64,000 nt of DNA from a virus. The DNA is taken from IMG/VR virus record IMGVR_UViG_3300032334_000315, positions 32,001 through 96,000 of that record. One strand, 5' to 3'. Below are positions 17,034 to 26,600 of this stretch, one piece after another. The translations under genes were made by a program, and so were the position numbers. The notes beneath the pieces are model-generated. The model was not told the DNA's origin and ran no database searches. It worked only from the letters and a program-made list of their open reading frames with translations. Positions within the stretch are counted from its first letter, which is position 1; each line of letters starts with the position of its first letter.

Positions 17034-19376
17034 TTATACAGCAATTTTGTCGATAAACTTAGCCAACACAACACGGGACGTACCGCGCTTGGATTGTGCG
17101 TTGGCAAACGCAGTTTTCAGTTTACCCTTGGATGAATCCGCAGCAATATCACCCATGCCAGAACTCTCGGTACGCAAGTCTTTGCCGCCCTTGATATAGT
17201 AGAACTCATTGTGGCCGTACAAGCCAGGCACAATGGCATACTGGTTAGAACGGAAAGACTTAGCCATCAGGTCAGCATCATACCAGTTTGACCCAGCCAT
17301 CTGGGCGCCGCTGGTAACGTCACGGGCACTGTTGGTAATGTAGAAGCCAACAAGATTAACCTTCATCGTATCACGGATGAGTTTAGCATACATCGAGGTA
17401 TACTGGTGGCTATGCTCGAAATTCAAGCGGATTTGGCGCTTGCTATGCTCATCGGTCAGGAATGTGGTACGGTTGTTGTTGATAGAAGTACCAGCCAAAT
17501 GGCCACGCTGACCATTCTGCTTGTGCAGAATGTATGATGGATGATCGGACTCACCATCGGTAATCGTCACCATGTTCACAATCTCGAGGTTCTTCTCCTT
17601 TGTGAACTTGGTAATGATATCGCGACCCAACATCAAGGAATCATTGAACGGTGTTGATCCCAGGCTGAGGAACTCAAACGGGTCGCGGAATTTATTGAAG
17701 ATAACATCACGGACATAATGCTTCACATTATTATAGCCAGCAGGAACCAGATCACAATTGGTATAGTTCTGGATCATACCTGAAATAAGCAATGTGGAAC
17801 ACATGAAATTGAAATCACGCAGGTTCATGCCTTCGTGAAACAATTCCAGTAGTGACAGTTCCGTGTTAGGGTATACGAAATGCTTGCCAACACGATTGTC
17901 AATGTTACGCCATTCGGTGTTGATTTTGGTTCGCATATCGTGGTACTTCAAAGTAGCAGGATGCTTATAACCTGCACCAGCTAAACCGGTCGAGAAGCCA
18001 TAGATACGGTGTGGGATGTTAGCACGGCGACAAAAAGTAGCCAGGGTAATCATCTGTTCAACCGCACCGCGGATATGCCCAGACATGGAACCCGACAGGT
18101 CGAGATATACGACAAGCCCGTGGTTCTTGCCAGTCGGCAGTACCGTGAGACGACGGAAGATATCCTCGCTGAACTTATAGCTGTGGATCTTTGTCGTATC
18201 AATGGTACCAGTCTTGGACTGCTTGCTACGGGAATAGGCCGTAGCAGCCTTCTTCATTTCGAACTCCTTGACCATATAATTGATGGCATTGTTATTGTCG
18301 CTACGGAACTTGGAGAACACACGACCAGCGAAAGCCTGATAATCAGCCGCCTTGCCAAGGTTGATATCATGCTGAGCATACTTCAGGATATCGCCATACT
18401 TCACAATGAAGTTATCCGAATTGATATCCTTCGGCAACACCACATAACGGAGTTCCCTGCCGAGCATAGTAGGATCAACCAAATCCTGCATCTTATCAGA
18501 CAGAGCCTTATCAGTGGTAGCCTCTTCTATCTGACCACCAGACTTACGGCGCGAGGGCTTCGGTTTGTCCTCATCATTACCATCGCCGACTTCATCTTGA
18601 TCGGACTCGCCTTTTAACCCTTTATCGCCGTCTTCCCAATCGTCACCTTCCTCGCCGTCTTCGCCGTCGTCACCAAGTTCCTCAGCATCTTCCCAATCGT
18701 CACCTTCCTCGCCGTCATCATCATCAAGGGTGCGGGTAGAAACGTCACGCTTTTCTTCATCCAGGTCTTCCTCTTCCTGCTCCGCCTTTTCTTTGGCAAA
18801 AGCAAGGAGATCATTAGCAAGCTGGACGGCCTCATCCCATGTGTGGATGTCCTCAGCCCGCTTCACAAACACCTGTTCGTCATCCGAGAACGGCACCTGC
18901 ATATGAGAACCAACCTTGAAGTAAAGGTTGATACGGTCAATGGTTGACAGTTGATCGGGATTGGTAGACTTCACATTGAAAAAGTCCGACTCGAAAAGCC
19001 ACTTGTAGCCATCGTGAAAATCACGGCGCGAACCGGGGAACTTAGCCTTAATCTTACGCTCAATCCGCGCGTCCTCAACCACATTCAGATAACCCTGGAA
19101 TGTGCGCGACACACGGCGACCGTCTGATTCCTCAACGGCGTCAATAGCACCTTTCCAGCCATCGCACGGAGTCTCAAGGGCATGCCCGACCTCGTGAAGC
19201 ACCAGCAGATGATACAGGCTCTCGGTCATTTCCTGCCACATAGGCAGACGCAGAACGCGGTTCTTAACATCAAAAGACGCAGTGACCACGGGTGCATGTT
19301 CCACAGCAATGTTCTCAGCGGCAAGCAATTTAGCCAACTTGTCAAGCGCGCCAGGCGATACCAGTTTCTCAGCCAT
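17034..19376 (-). CDS. CobT-like vWA protein with N-terminal HExxH domain and acidic linker
   Basis: HEVGHAL, NVVEDARIE, D/E-rich linker, YLDLSGSM MIDAS, STP, ITDGES; MoxR partner. Confidence 0.85.
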   Translation of the reverse strand: MAEKLVSPGALDKLAKLLAAENIAVEHAPVVTASFDVKNRVLRLPMWQEMTESLYHLLVLHEVGHALETPCDGWKGAIDAVEESDGRRVSRTFQGYLNVVEDARIERKIKAKFPGSRRDFHDGYKWLFESDFFNVKSTNPDQLSTIDRINLYFKVGSHMQVPFSDDEQVFVKRAEDIHTWDEAVQLANDLLAFAKEKAEQEEEDLDEEKRDVSTRTLDDDDGEEGDDWEDAEELGDDGEDGEEGDDWEDGDKGLKGESDQDEVGDGNDEDKPKPSRRKSGGQIEEATTDKALSDKMQDLVDPTMLGRELRYVVLPKDINSDNFIVKYGDILKYAQHDINLGKAADYQAFAGRVFSKFRSDNNNAINYMVKEFEMKKAATAYSRSKQSKTGTIDTTKIHSYKFSEDIFRRLTVLPTGKNHGLVVYLDLSGSMSGHIRGAVEQMITLATFCRRANIPHRIYGFSTGLAGAGYKHPATLKYHDMRTKINTEWRNIDNRVGKHFVYPNTELSLLELFHEGMNLRDFNFMCSTLLISGMIQNYTNCDLVPAGYNNVKHYVRDVIFNKFRDPFEFLSLGSTPFNDSLMLGRDIITKFTKEKNLEIVNMVTITDGESDHPSYILHKQNGQRGHLAGTSINNNRTTFLTDEHSKRQIRLNFEHSHQYTSMYAKLIRDTMKVNLVGFYITNSARDVTSGAQMAGSNWYDADLMAKSFRSNQYAIVPGLYGHNEFYYIKGGKDLRTESSGMGDIAADSSKGKLKTAFANAQSKRGTSRVVLAKFIDKIAV
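18631..18716. repeat. 29-bp direct repeat in acidic linker
   Basis: tcttcccaatcgtcaccttcctcgccgtc at 18631 and 18688 (DGEEGDDWED x2). Confidence 0.9.
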
Positions 19377-19400
19377 TACCTTCTCCTCAATTCATTATGT

Positions 19401-19429
19401 ATAGTACCACATGGCGCGCGGTTTGTCAA
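19401..19429 (-). promoter_or_regulatory. sigma70 early promoter
   Basis: TTGACA-17-TACTAT. Confidence 0.75.
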
Positions 19430-19627
19430 CTAGCAATCTCGGTCATAATCTTGCCATTCTTGCATCTCGGATGGCTGACCATCATCCTCATAATCATCGC
19501 CTTCGTTAATCGCGTCAATTTGCATGACACATTCCAGCATTTCATGCCAATATTCTTCGGCGTCAACATCACCGGTCATTTCAGCCATGCGGATCTGATC
19601 CATTATTTCGGCGTAAGAAAAGTCCAT
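19430..19627 (-). CDS. Highly acidic 65-aa early protein
   Basis: GAGGAG SD before MDFSY; 22 D/E versus 2 R and no K. Confidence 0.7.
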   Translation of the reverse strand: MDFSYAEIMDQIRMAEMTGDVDAEEYWHEMLECVMQIDAINEGDDYEDDGQPSEMQEWQDYDRDC

Positions 19628-19638
19628 CTCAATTCTCC

Positions 19639-19818
19639 TCAGTCGGAAGCCCAATCGTCCAGTTTGTAGTTCCAATAGTCGGCGTAGTTCTTGGCTTCCT
19701 CAGCCACTTTCTCTACCGCCCACGCCTTAGACTTGAAACCCTGTCCGTCTTTAGCGGCTTCGAGTTGCTTGATGAGAGCATCAATACCCTCGTTCATTTT
19801 GTGTTCCAACTGGGTCAT
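19639..19818 (-). CDS. Hypothetical early protein (59 aa)
   Basis: GAGGAG SD before MTQLEHK. Confidence 0.65.
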   Translation of the reverse strand: MTQLEHKMNEGIDALIKQLEAAKDGQGFKSKAWAVEKVAEEAKNYADYWNYKLDDWASD

Positions 19819-19828
19819 AGGATTCTCC

Positions 19829-20101
19829 TCAGAGGTAAACACGGCGGGTGTTGTCGGTGTCGGCAAACTGGTTGGTAACGCCACGCTCGGGCCGAATGCC
19901 GGGCTGCACACCTTCAAAGCCAATCTGCTCGGCATCAAGGTAGTTATAGCCACGGTAGGCATCATCGGTGAGGAGTGAAGACTCCAAGAGAACGATAACA
20001 CCGACCCGCTCATCCCGCGTGGACGAGGGCGAAGCCAACAGACGGTTAGCAATCTCGGTGAGAGTGGAAGCGCGGACAGTTTTGCGAAGGACTTTTCTCA
20101 T
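19829..20101 (-). CDS. Hypothetical early protein
   Basis: ORF from MRKVLRK, GAAAGG SD, YRGYNYL motif. Confidence 0.6.
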   Translation of the reverse strand: MRKVLRKTVRASTLTEIANRLLASPSSTRDERVGVIVLLESSLLTDDAYRGYNYLDAEQIGFEGVQPGIRPERGVTNQFADTDNTRRVYL

Positions 20102-20115
20102 GGTGTAAACCTTTC

Positions 20116-20463
20116 TCAGATGATGCCGGTCCATTGGACGGTGGGGTAATCGCGGAGCACTACATTGCCGCGGGCCTTGTTTTTCGCAGGCGCTTTCCAG
20201 CTAGCCGCTTTCAGGATATCACCCTTGCAGAATTTACCCATATCGGTCATGCAAATGAAAGAGTGAACCGAAGCATTGGTTGTGCCGGCATACTTGATGA
20301 CCTTCACATAGCGGCTGCCAATTTCGTAGGACAGGGTGCGGTTGAATTCATCAACCATCTCAGCGGTCCAAGGCGAGTTGGCATGTTCGCCGCGGAACTT
20401 GAAAGCGGCATAATCAGCGCGGATAGCGGCAAGGTAGAGGTCGAGCTTGCGAATGGAAAACAT
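20116..20463 (-). CDS. Conserved phage early protein
   Basis: SVHSFI, GDILKAASWKAPAKNKARGNV, QWTG. Confidence 0.7.
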   Translation of the reverse strand: MFSIRKLDLYLAAIRADYAAFKFRGEHANSPWTAEMVDEFNRTLSYEIGSRYVKVIKYAGTTNASVHSFICMTDMGKFCKGDILKAASWKAPAKNKARGNVVLRDYPTVQWTGII

Positions 20464-20478
20464 GGTTGAACCTTTCAA

Positions 20479-20685
20479 TTAGCGAGAAGCAAAGCCGGCA
20501 TTGCGGAGGGTGGTCAATTTGCGGCCTTGCGAGGCAATGGAAGCAAAGTGGCGAAACGTCTTGACCTTGGCATTAGAAGTCTCGCAACGGGTCACATAGC
20601 CACCGTTAGACAGGAACTGTGCAATAGCGTCTTGGGCGGAATCGCGAAGGGCTTGACGACGGTTCGGGTTTGTTGCTACGCTCAT
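20479..20685 (-). CDS. Hypothetical basic early protein
   Basis: First ORF behind the 20732-20760 promoter; IAQFLSNGGYVTRC. Confidence 0.6.
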   Translation of the reverse strand: MSVATNPNRRQALRDSAQDAIAQFLSNGGYVTRCETSNAKVKTFRHFASIASQGRKLTTLRNAGFASR

Positions 20686-20731
20686 GGTGTGTCTCTCTTC
20701 TCTCTTGTCTTTCAACTCATCTTATATTCTT

Positions 20732-20760
20732 ATAATAGCAAAGAACCATGCCATTGTCAA
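20732..20760 (-). promoter_or_regulatory. sigma70 early promoter
   Basis: TTGACA-17-TATTAT. Confidence 0.8.
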
Positions 20761-20782
20761 ATCGACAAAACGCAAGCAAAAA

Positions 20783-20817
20783 CAATGACTTAGGAATTTG
20801 CGGTTCCTAAGTCATTG
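20783..20817. repeat. 14-bp perfect inverted repeat with IHF-like arms
   Basis: caatgacttaggaa-7 nt-ttcctaagtcattg, flanked by phased T-tracts. Confidence 0.8.
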
Positions 20818-20881
20818 AAATTACTCGCTAATTATTTTTGATTTTTTTTCGGTTTTTCCGATTATTTTTGTAATTCTTTTA

Positions 20882-21694
20882 TTACATAAGTAACAAATTG
20901 TTACAATCACTTCTTTTCCAGAAAGCGGGTCTACTGTTCCAGCATTGCGTTGGTACCTTTTCGTACCCGTGCGCTTTCAATGTAGCACCAAACGCCCGAC
21001 CCGCCTGAGAACCAGACATGGTATTGCCAAGGTGCAAATAGGAATCGAAATGCCCGATAGCATCGGAATTGAAGGTGTTCGCGAATAGCAGGTATTTTGG
21101 CTCACAATCTTTTAGCACCTCGATCAGATGTTCGATCGGTGTTTGGATATGCTCAAAATACTCGGACGCAAAAATCAAATCAGCCTTGAGGCCCTTGTGA
21201 TTACCGCGCATCTGAAATGCGTGTAAATTCCCGAGGTAGCTGGACATGGCATATTGACTGCTGCCTTCAAAGTTGGTACCGTATACATCCGCTTTCGGAA
21301 AAATCTTTTTCAATTCAACGGTGGTATATCCAGAACCACAACCAAGATCAAGGACAGTACCAACACCGACCATCGACTCGACAATGCTTTTACCAAACAT
21401 AGACCGAGACGATTGGATGTCCTTGAGATACCGCTTTGAATATTTTGTCCAACACAACCAGGTCTCGCAGAAATAATACGGGTCAGCGTAGACCGAATAA
21501 TCTGGATTCTTTGGATCAATTGCGAGCGAAGCATACCACTTTGTCTCAAGGCTTGCCATCTCTACGGTATCACCTGGATTATATGGCTTCTTATCGTGGC
21601 GCTTGACAGCCGCTAGTGCTTCTCTCCTAGCGGTGTCAATATCAATATCAGCGAACTTGGCACATAGATTTAAATATTCATCAAGCGGTGTCAT
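20882..21694 (-). CDS. Class I SAM-dependent methyltransferase
   Basis: VLDLGCGSGYT, ASEYFEHI; start MTPL abuts the upstream GT stop. Confidence 0.75.
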   Translation of the reverse strand: MTPLDEYLNLCAKFADIDIDTARREALAAVKRHDKKPYNPGDTVEMASLETKWYASLAIDPKNPDYSVYADPYYFCETWLCWTKYSKRYLKDIQSSRSMFGKSIVESMVGVGTVLDLGCGSGYTTVELKKIFPKADVYGTNFEGSSQYAMSSYLGNLHAFQMRGNHKGLKADLIFASEYFEHIQTPIEHLIEVLKDCEPKYLLFANTFNSDAIGHFDSYLHLGNTMSGSQAGRAFGATLKAHGYEKVPTQCWNSRPAFWKRSDCNNLLLM

Positions 21695-21695
21695 A

Positions 21696-23108
21696 TTATC
21701 CTTTGAAGTCGGTAACCAGTTCCATACCATAGTTGTTGATGCCTGTTGGAATCTGGACATCAGGCTTCATAATCAATTTATTCTTTTTGAACTGGTTGTA
21801 ATCCACGTAATGATGGTGACGACCAAACCGAATGACCTTTGTCGTAACGTCTGGGTGCATCTGATAAAGCATTTCAGATTTTGGATCAGTACCCTCAGCA
21901 GCATAGAACTCTGCGGTGTTACCACCACCGAGCGTCTGCGTTGCAGCTTTACCCTGCAAGAATGAATTGAACTGGATCGTACACTGCCCAGCTTTCAATA
22001 CACGAAGGCAGATATCGGTGTCTTCATTGTATCGTCCACGCCATCTGAACTCACAGGAGTTGTCAATCAATAGCACCGAATAAATGCGAGTATTGGTTAC
22101 GAATGCGGGATATTTACCATTGGGTGCAATGAAGAACCTGTACTGAAAACCGGAAATTGGTACATTCTCAAACCGATCAACAAAGTCCTCAGCCGCGCGG
22201 AAGATAGCACCACTCTCAGTACGGATACGAAAGTTTTGGTGGAGTCTGTAGAAATCGGAGATGTTATCATCAAGAACCCAATGACGTTTAGCACCGAGAG
22301 ATATAGCATGATCCCAACACCAGTTACGCGCACGACCAGGGCCGTCACCGTGATTAGAGAACGGCAATACCAAAATCTTTGCAGGATCAATGACAGCCGC
22401 ATAGGACTCATAATCTTGCGGTTCAATAGCAATGTAATATGGCACCTGCATCCGTTCAAGCGACCGAGCAGTCAACCGACTATCAGCACGGCCCTTCGAT
22501 ACGATGTAGAGTGGGTATTGTGGATTGGTGTGATTGCCATTGGACTCTACCCACCGCTTCTTAGCGTTAGCATCGCGGTCAAGCTTCGGATACCAAATGC
22601 TGTTGGTATTCTCAGATAGATTTTGATCGACAACCTTCGCGAAGGCCTTGTAGCCGTCTTCATCATAGAAACGCATATCAATTTTATGGTATGGCTCATA
22701 GTCTTCCTGAATGTACTCAGGCATGCCAGTCCATAGCTTGCGCCACTTATCATCAGCCGTAGGCTTTAGTTTCTTCTTGGGCTTCTGCGGTACAGCATCT
22801 TTATCAAGGAACTTATACGTCTTAACATCGGGATCAAACAGAAATGATCTTGATTCTGGATACCAGATTTCGTCCGTCAAAATGTCCTGCTGGATCAGAT
22901 TGACAAACTCTTTCAAATCTTCTTTGGTACGAAAGCTAACATAGATTGACTTGTACGCGCCACCAATATCTTTAGTCGTGGCTTTGTATGTTGGCGTCTG
23001 GTCAACGAAATCTGGATCATCAATGAAATTGGCTACGGTAGAAATAGACTCCGCAGCTTTGAGATCCATACAACTATCATATACCGTGGATTCTTTAATG
23101 TCACTCAT
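21696..23108 (-). CDS. TET-associated (TAGT/GREB1-like) glycosyltransferase with duplicated N-terminal module
   Basis: YPLYIVSKGR, ARNWCWDH, HWVLDDNI, WRGRYNEDTD, GGNT, HHYVDY. Confidence 0.75.
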   Translation of the reverse strand: MSDIKESTVYDSCMDLKAAESISTVANFIDDPDFVDQTPTYKATTKDIGGAYKSIYVSFRTKEDLKEFVNLIQQDILTDEIWYPESRSFLFDPDVKTYKFLDKDAVPQKPKKKLKPTADDKWRKLWTGMPEYIQEDYEPYHKIDMRFYDEDGYKAFAKVVDQNLSENTNSIWYPKLDRDANAKKRWVESNGNHTNPQYPLYIVSKGRADSRLTARSLERMQVPYYIAIEPQDYESYAAVIDPAKILVLPFSNHGDGPGRARNWCWDHAISLGAKRHWVLDDNISDFYRLHQNFRIRTESGAIFRAAEDFVDRFENVPISGFQYRFFIAPNGKYPAFVTNTRIYSVLLIDNSCEFRWRGRYNEDTDICLRVLKAGQCTIQFNSFLQGKAATQTLGGGNTAEFYAAEGTDPKSEMLYQMHPDVTTKVIRFGRHHHYVDYNQFKKNKLIMKPDVQIPTGINNYGMELVTDFKG

Positions 23109-23118
23109 TGGTTTTCCA

Positions 23119-23655
23119 TCATGCAGTTAATCTTGATTTTATAATCCTATCATACTTCTTCTTCTGTGTCAAGCCCTGTTCTAAATGGAATCTATTGGCG
23201 CGCTTTTGAAACGTGATGCCATCGAGATGGTCTAGCTCATGGAGAAATACTCTGGCTGTATATCCCTTGAACATCGTAGTGCCAGCAGTGCCATCCCAGC
23301 CAGAAAAGCGAACTTCAAATTCAGATGGTCGCTTGATTTTTAAAAACAAACCAGGGTATGAAATACACCCTTCTTCATGCACCACAGTCTCGGTACCCAT
23401 TGTCACTATGCGCGGATTGAAAACAGAAATCACACTATCAGGATCAGTAAAGTTACCAATGACAAAGGCACGTGTCATAATGCCAATCTGACAGGCTGAC
23501 AGACCTACGCCTTTATTAGCAATCATCTGTTCCTTCAGCATGTAGAAAAGCTTCTCAGCCGATAGGATGCTACCATCTTCCATTGTGTAACCAGTATCAA
23601 AGTTAAATGGCTTACACACCTGCTTCAAACGTGGATCGTTGCCCGGAATAATCAT
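23119..23655 (-). CDS. def: Peptide deformylase
   Basis: GVGLSACQIG, EGCIS, HELDHLDG. Confidence 0.95.
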   Translation of the reverse strand: MIIPGNDPRLKQVCKPFNFDTGYTMEDGSILSAEKLFYMLKEQMIANKGVGLSACQIGIMTRAFVIGNFTDPDSVISVFNPRIVTMGTETVVHEEGCISYPGLFLKIKRPSEFEVRFSGWDGTAGTTMFKGYTARVFLHELDHLDGITFQKRANRFHLEQGLTQKKKYDRIIKSRLTA

Positions 23656-25361
23656 GATATCATCCTACTAAAGTTTTTCTGTTTTGTGAATCGGAGTGTG
23701 CTTGTGAATTTATCTTGCAGAACATCGCCCTTATGAGAGATGACGAAGATGTTTGTGTCTTCCACATTATGTATAAGCTTCAGGAACTCATCGCAGCCGT
23801 TAGCGTCAAGCGAAGCATCAAATACCTCATCAAGGATAAGCAGATTGGTGTTGACGCTGTTCTTCATGCGAGCGATGGAACGCCATGTAAACAATAGCGA
23901 AAGGTCAATACGCATTTTCTCGCCTTCGCTGAATGAATCGTATGTGAAATCGTCACGGTGGCGTGACAAAATCTTTTCTTCAAACGTCTCATTCAGTTCA
24001 AACTTAACAAAGAAATCCATAGCTGCAAGGTACTTGTTGACAAGCGTATTGATAACTGGTACATATTGCTTGATGATCCGAGACTTGATGCCTGAGTCGC
24101 GCAGAATTATTCCGGCAAGATCGTGCATCTCTCTCTGTGCAAGTAGATGCTTTTTACGCTCCAAGAGATCAGCAAATTTCGCTTGGAGTTCTTTAATGAT
24201 TTCCTCGTGTCCAGTACTGACGGTCTCTTTCTCGAGGCCCTCAATTTCTTTTTGCCAGATAGAGATTTCTTTTTGGCTTGTGCGAACATCGGCTTGGATG
24301 CTATTGAGGCTCGATTGATGTTTATGGATTTGCCGAAGTACTCGCTCAATGCCCTCTCTACGTTCTTCGCATGATGCAATTTCTCCAGATAGCTTAATGA
24401 GCGCATCTTCAATGTCGGCAATTGTCTTTTCTTTCTCATCTATTTTCTCACACTTAATTGCTTGGTCGATATCCTGTGTGCATGTTGGACACTCATTGTT
24501 ATCGTGGTAAAATGCAATTGACTTTTTTGCATTAGCTTTCTTTAGTGTCAAGCTTTTCTCTAAAGCAAGAAGCTTGCGCTGCCTCTCAATAACAGAGTCG
24601 TGGTCATCTGTAGACTCGGTTAGCTGTGCGATAGTTTCTTGCTCTTCCTGTGCATTGACCATCGCACTATCAATAGCTTGTTCCAGCTCAGCAATCCGCT
24701 CGCGGCGCTCAAGAATCTTTTCGCCCTTATGATCCTCTTGTTGCTTACGCAGTTTTTCCTGCACAAGAATGGAATCGGATGTGGATACCATATCGCGTTC
24801 ATTTAGATTGTAGTCCTCACGCGCACCCGTGACGCGATCCTTCAATAGCAAAGCCATTGACGAGAACACACGGATGTCCAACAGGTCTTCAATAACCTCA
24901 CGGCGATTGTTAGTTGATAGCTGCATGAATGGTACGAACGATGACGAACCGAGAATGACAACCTGCGTGAACGACTTCATAGTGAGCCGCAAGATATTCT
25001 TCTCAAGCATCTCCTGATAATCACGCGCAGCAGCTTCCTGATCCAGAAGCTTGCCATTCTCTATGATTTCAAAGATAGCTGGCTTGATACCACGCCTAAT
25101 TAGATATTGCTTATCACCAACCGTAAACTCTACCTCAACGACAACATCTCGGCCATTGACAGAGTTGATTAGCTGATCCTTTTTGATCTTACGGAATGGC
25201 TTGCCATACAACGAAAAACACAATGCATCCAACACAGTAGATTTGCCAGCACCATTCTCACCAACAATAAGAGTTGATGGATTGGCATCTAGCGAAATCT
25301 CTGTGAAGGCGTTGCCAGTGGATAGAAAATTCTTCCAACGAACGGATGTAAAATGTATCAT
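23652..25361 (-). CDS. gp46: SbcC/Rad50-like recombination ATPase
   Basis: GENGAGKST, CPTC hook, FSEGE, LDEVFD, ISH. Confidence 0.95.
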   Translation of the reverse strand: MIHFTSVRWKNFLSTGNAFTEISLDANPSTLIVGENGAGKSTVLDALCFSLYGKPFRKIKKDQLINSVNGRDVVVEVEFTVGDKQYLIRRGIKPAIFEIIENGKLLDQEAAARDYQEMLEKNILRLTMKSFTQVVILGSSSFVPFMQLSTNNRREVIEDLLDIRVFSSMALLLKDRVTGAREDYNLNERDMVSTSDSILVQEKLRKQQEDHKGEKILERRERIAELEQAIDSAMVNAQEEQETIAQLTESTDDHDSVIERQRKLLALEKSLTLKKANAKKSIAFYHDNNECPTCTQDIDQAIKCEKIDEKEKTIADIEDALIKLSGEIASCEERREGIERVLRQIHKHQSSLNSIQADVRTSQKEISIWQKEIEGLEKETVSTGHEEIIKELQAKFADLLERKKHLLAQREMHDLAGIILRDSGIKSRIIKQYVPVINTLVNKYLAAMDFFVKFELNETFEEKILSRHRDDFTYDSFSEGEKMRIDLSLLFTWRSIARMKNSVNTNLLILDEVFDASLDANGCDEFLKLIHNVEDTNIFVISHKGDVLQDKFTSTLRFTKQKNFSRMIS

Positions 25362-25540
25362 TTCTTTCCAATAATATCACGAGGATGGTCTTGATTATCC
25401 CATCTGTATCGCCCAGTAGAATGTTGAGCGAACCGTTTCGCTTCGTTATTCTCAAAGACAGTTACGCCACCAGTCTTATAGATATATCGGTATTCATTAC
25501 CTTCACGATCAAGGTAAATCACACTTGGCTCAAATTCCAT
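25358..25540 (-). CDS. Hypothetical protein (60 aa)
   Basis: Fills the gap between gp47 and gp46 with overlapping start/stop. Confidence 0.6.
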   Translation of the reverse strand: MEFEPSVIYLDREGNEYRYIYKTGGVTVFENNEAKRFAQHSTGRYRWDNQDHPRDIIGKK

Positions 25541-25541
25541 A

Positions 25542-26600
25542 TCAAACTTCCATTTTCATTGCTTCATTGTATAGAGAATGCATTAGATTGTCAAGCTCTT
25601 TTGTGTCAACGCTTGTTTCTAGTGTGCCAATATACTTAGACAAAATCGTAAGGGTATCTTCGGCCTCGTTCAATAGATCATTCTCGTCAATGGTGTCCAT
25701 GTTGCGATGGTCTTCAACGATTACCACCTCAATAGGATTGGCTTCATAAAGCTTTGTGGTAAACAAATCAAACGCAAACGGATTATCTTTACCTTGTACG
25801 ATAAGCTTCACATACGCGCCCGCGTATTTTGAAAAGTCTCTATCAAGCAAAGCTTCGGTGGTAACATCCTTATCGTTATACCACATCTTACGGAACATCT
25901 TGAATGGATTTTCTATAAACGCCAGTTCACGAGTTTCCGTATCAAGGATATGGAATCCTTTGGGGTCATCGTAGTCGCTCCAAGTAAACTCAGCATGGCT
26001 ACCAAGGTAGTGAATGTTCCCAGCAGAAGACCTGTGATGATAATGACCGCTAAGTACCATATCGAACCTACCAAACAAACCACGATCATCTCCATGGCTG
26101 ACTGGACTACCTCGATACATTTCAAAACCTGCAAGCTCGAGGTGGCCCATGCAGATTTGAGCGTTTGTTGTGCTGATAAGCTGTAGCGTTTCATCACGGT
26201 TATCATCGCAGATCCATGGAATGAAAAGAATTGGAACGCCATCAACTTTTACCTCTCTAGCGGACTCATAGATACAGAAATCATTTCCGTAGATTTCTCG
26301 GATTGAATTTACAGAGTTCGTATTTTTGAAATAGGTATCGTGATTTCCGATGATGAGGTGTGGACGGATTTCTCTTTGGTGTAGCGGTCTAATAAAATCT
26401 TCTCGTAGTCGCTTAGCTGTATTGATATTAAGATATTTACGACGGTCAACCAAATCACCGAGATGGATAACAGTGTCAATGCCATGAGTATCGAGATACG
26501 GAAAGAAAATGTCATCTAAGAATTTCTTGTTGTTGTCGAGAAATGCGGAATTGTCATTACGCACACCCCAGTGCGTGTCAGTGATAAGTGCAATCTTCAT
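25542..26600 (-). CDS. gp47: SbcD/Mre11-like nuclease
   Basis: TDTHWG, GDLVDRR, GNHD, SGHYH. Confidence 0.95.
   Translation of the reverse strand: MKIALITDTHWGVRNDNSAFLDNNKKFLDDIFFPYLDTHGIDTVIHLGDLVDRRKYLNINTAKRLREDFIRPLHQREIRPHLIIGNHDTYFKNTNSVNSIREIYGNDFCIYESAREVKVDGVPILFIPWICDDNRDETLQLISTTNAQICMGHLELAGFEMYRGSPVSHGDDRGLFGRFDMVLSGHYHHRSSAGNIHYLGSHAEFTWSDYDDPKGFHILDTETRELAFIENPFKMFRKMWYNDKDVTTEALLDRDFSKYAGAYVKLIVQGKDNPFAFDLFTTKLYEANPIEVVIVEDHRNMDTIDENDLLNEAEDTLTILSKYIGTLETSVDTKELDNLMHSLYNEAMKMEV

Noticed and set aside
15808-18617. Long plus-strand ORFs (283 aa, 202 aa) and the many other antisense ORFs
   Set aside because: Shadow frames of well-supported minus-strand genes, with no motifs.
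15535-19376. cobS/cobT as cobalamin biosynthesis genes
   Set aside because: No cobN or other cob genes; better read as a generic MoxR-vWA chaperone pair common in T4-like phages.
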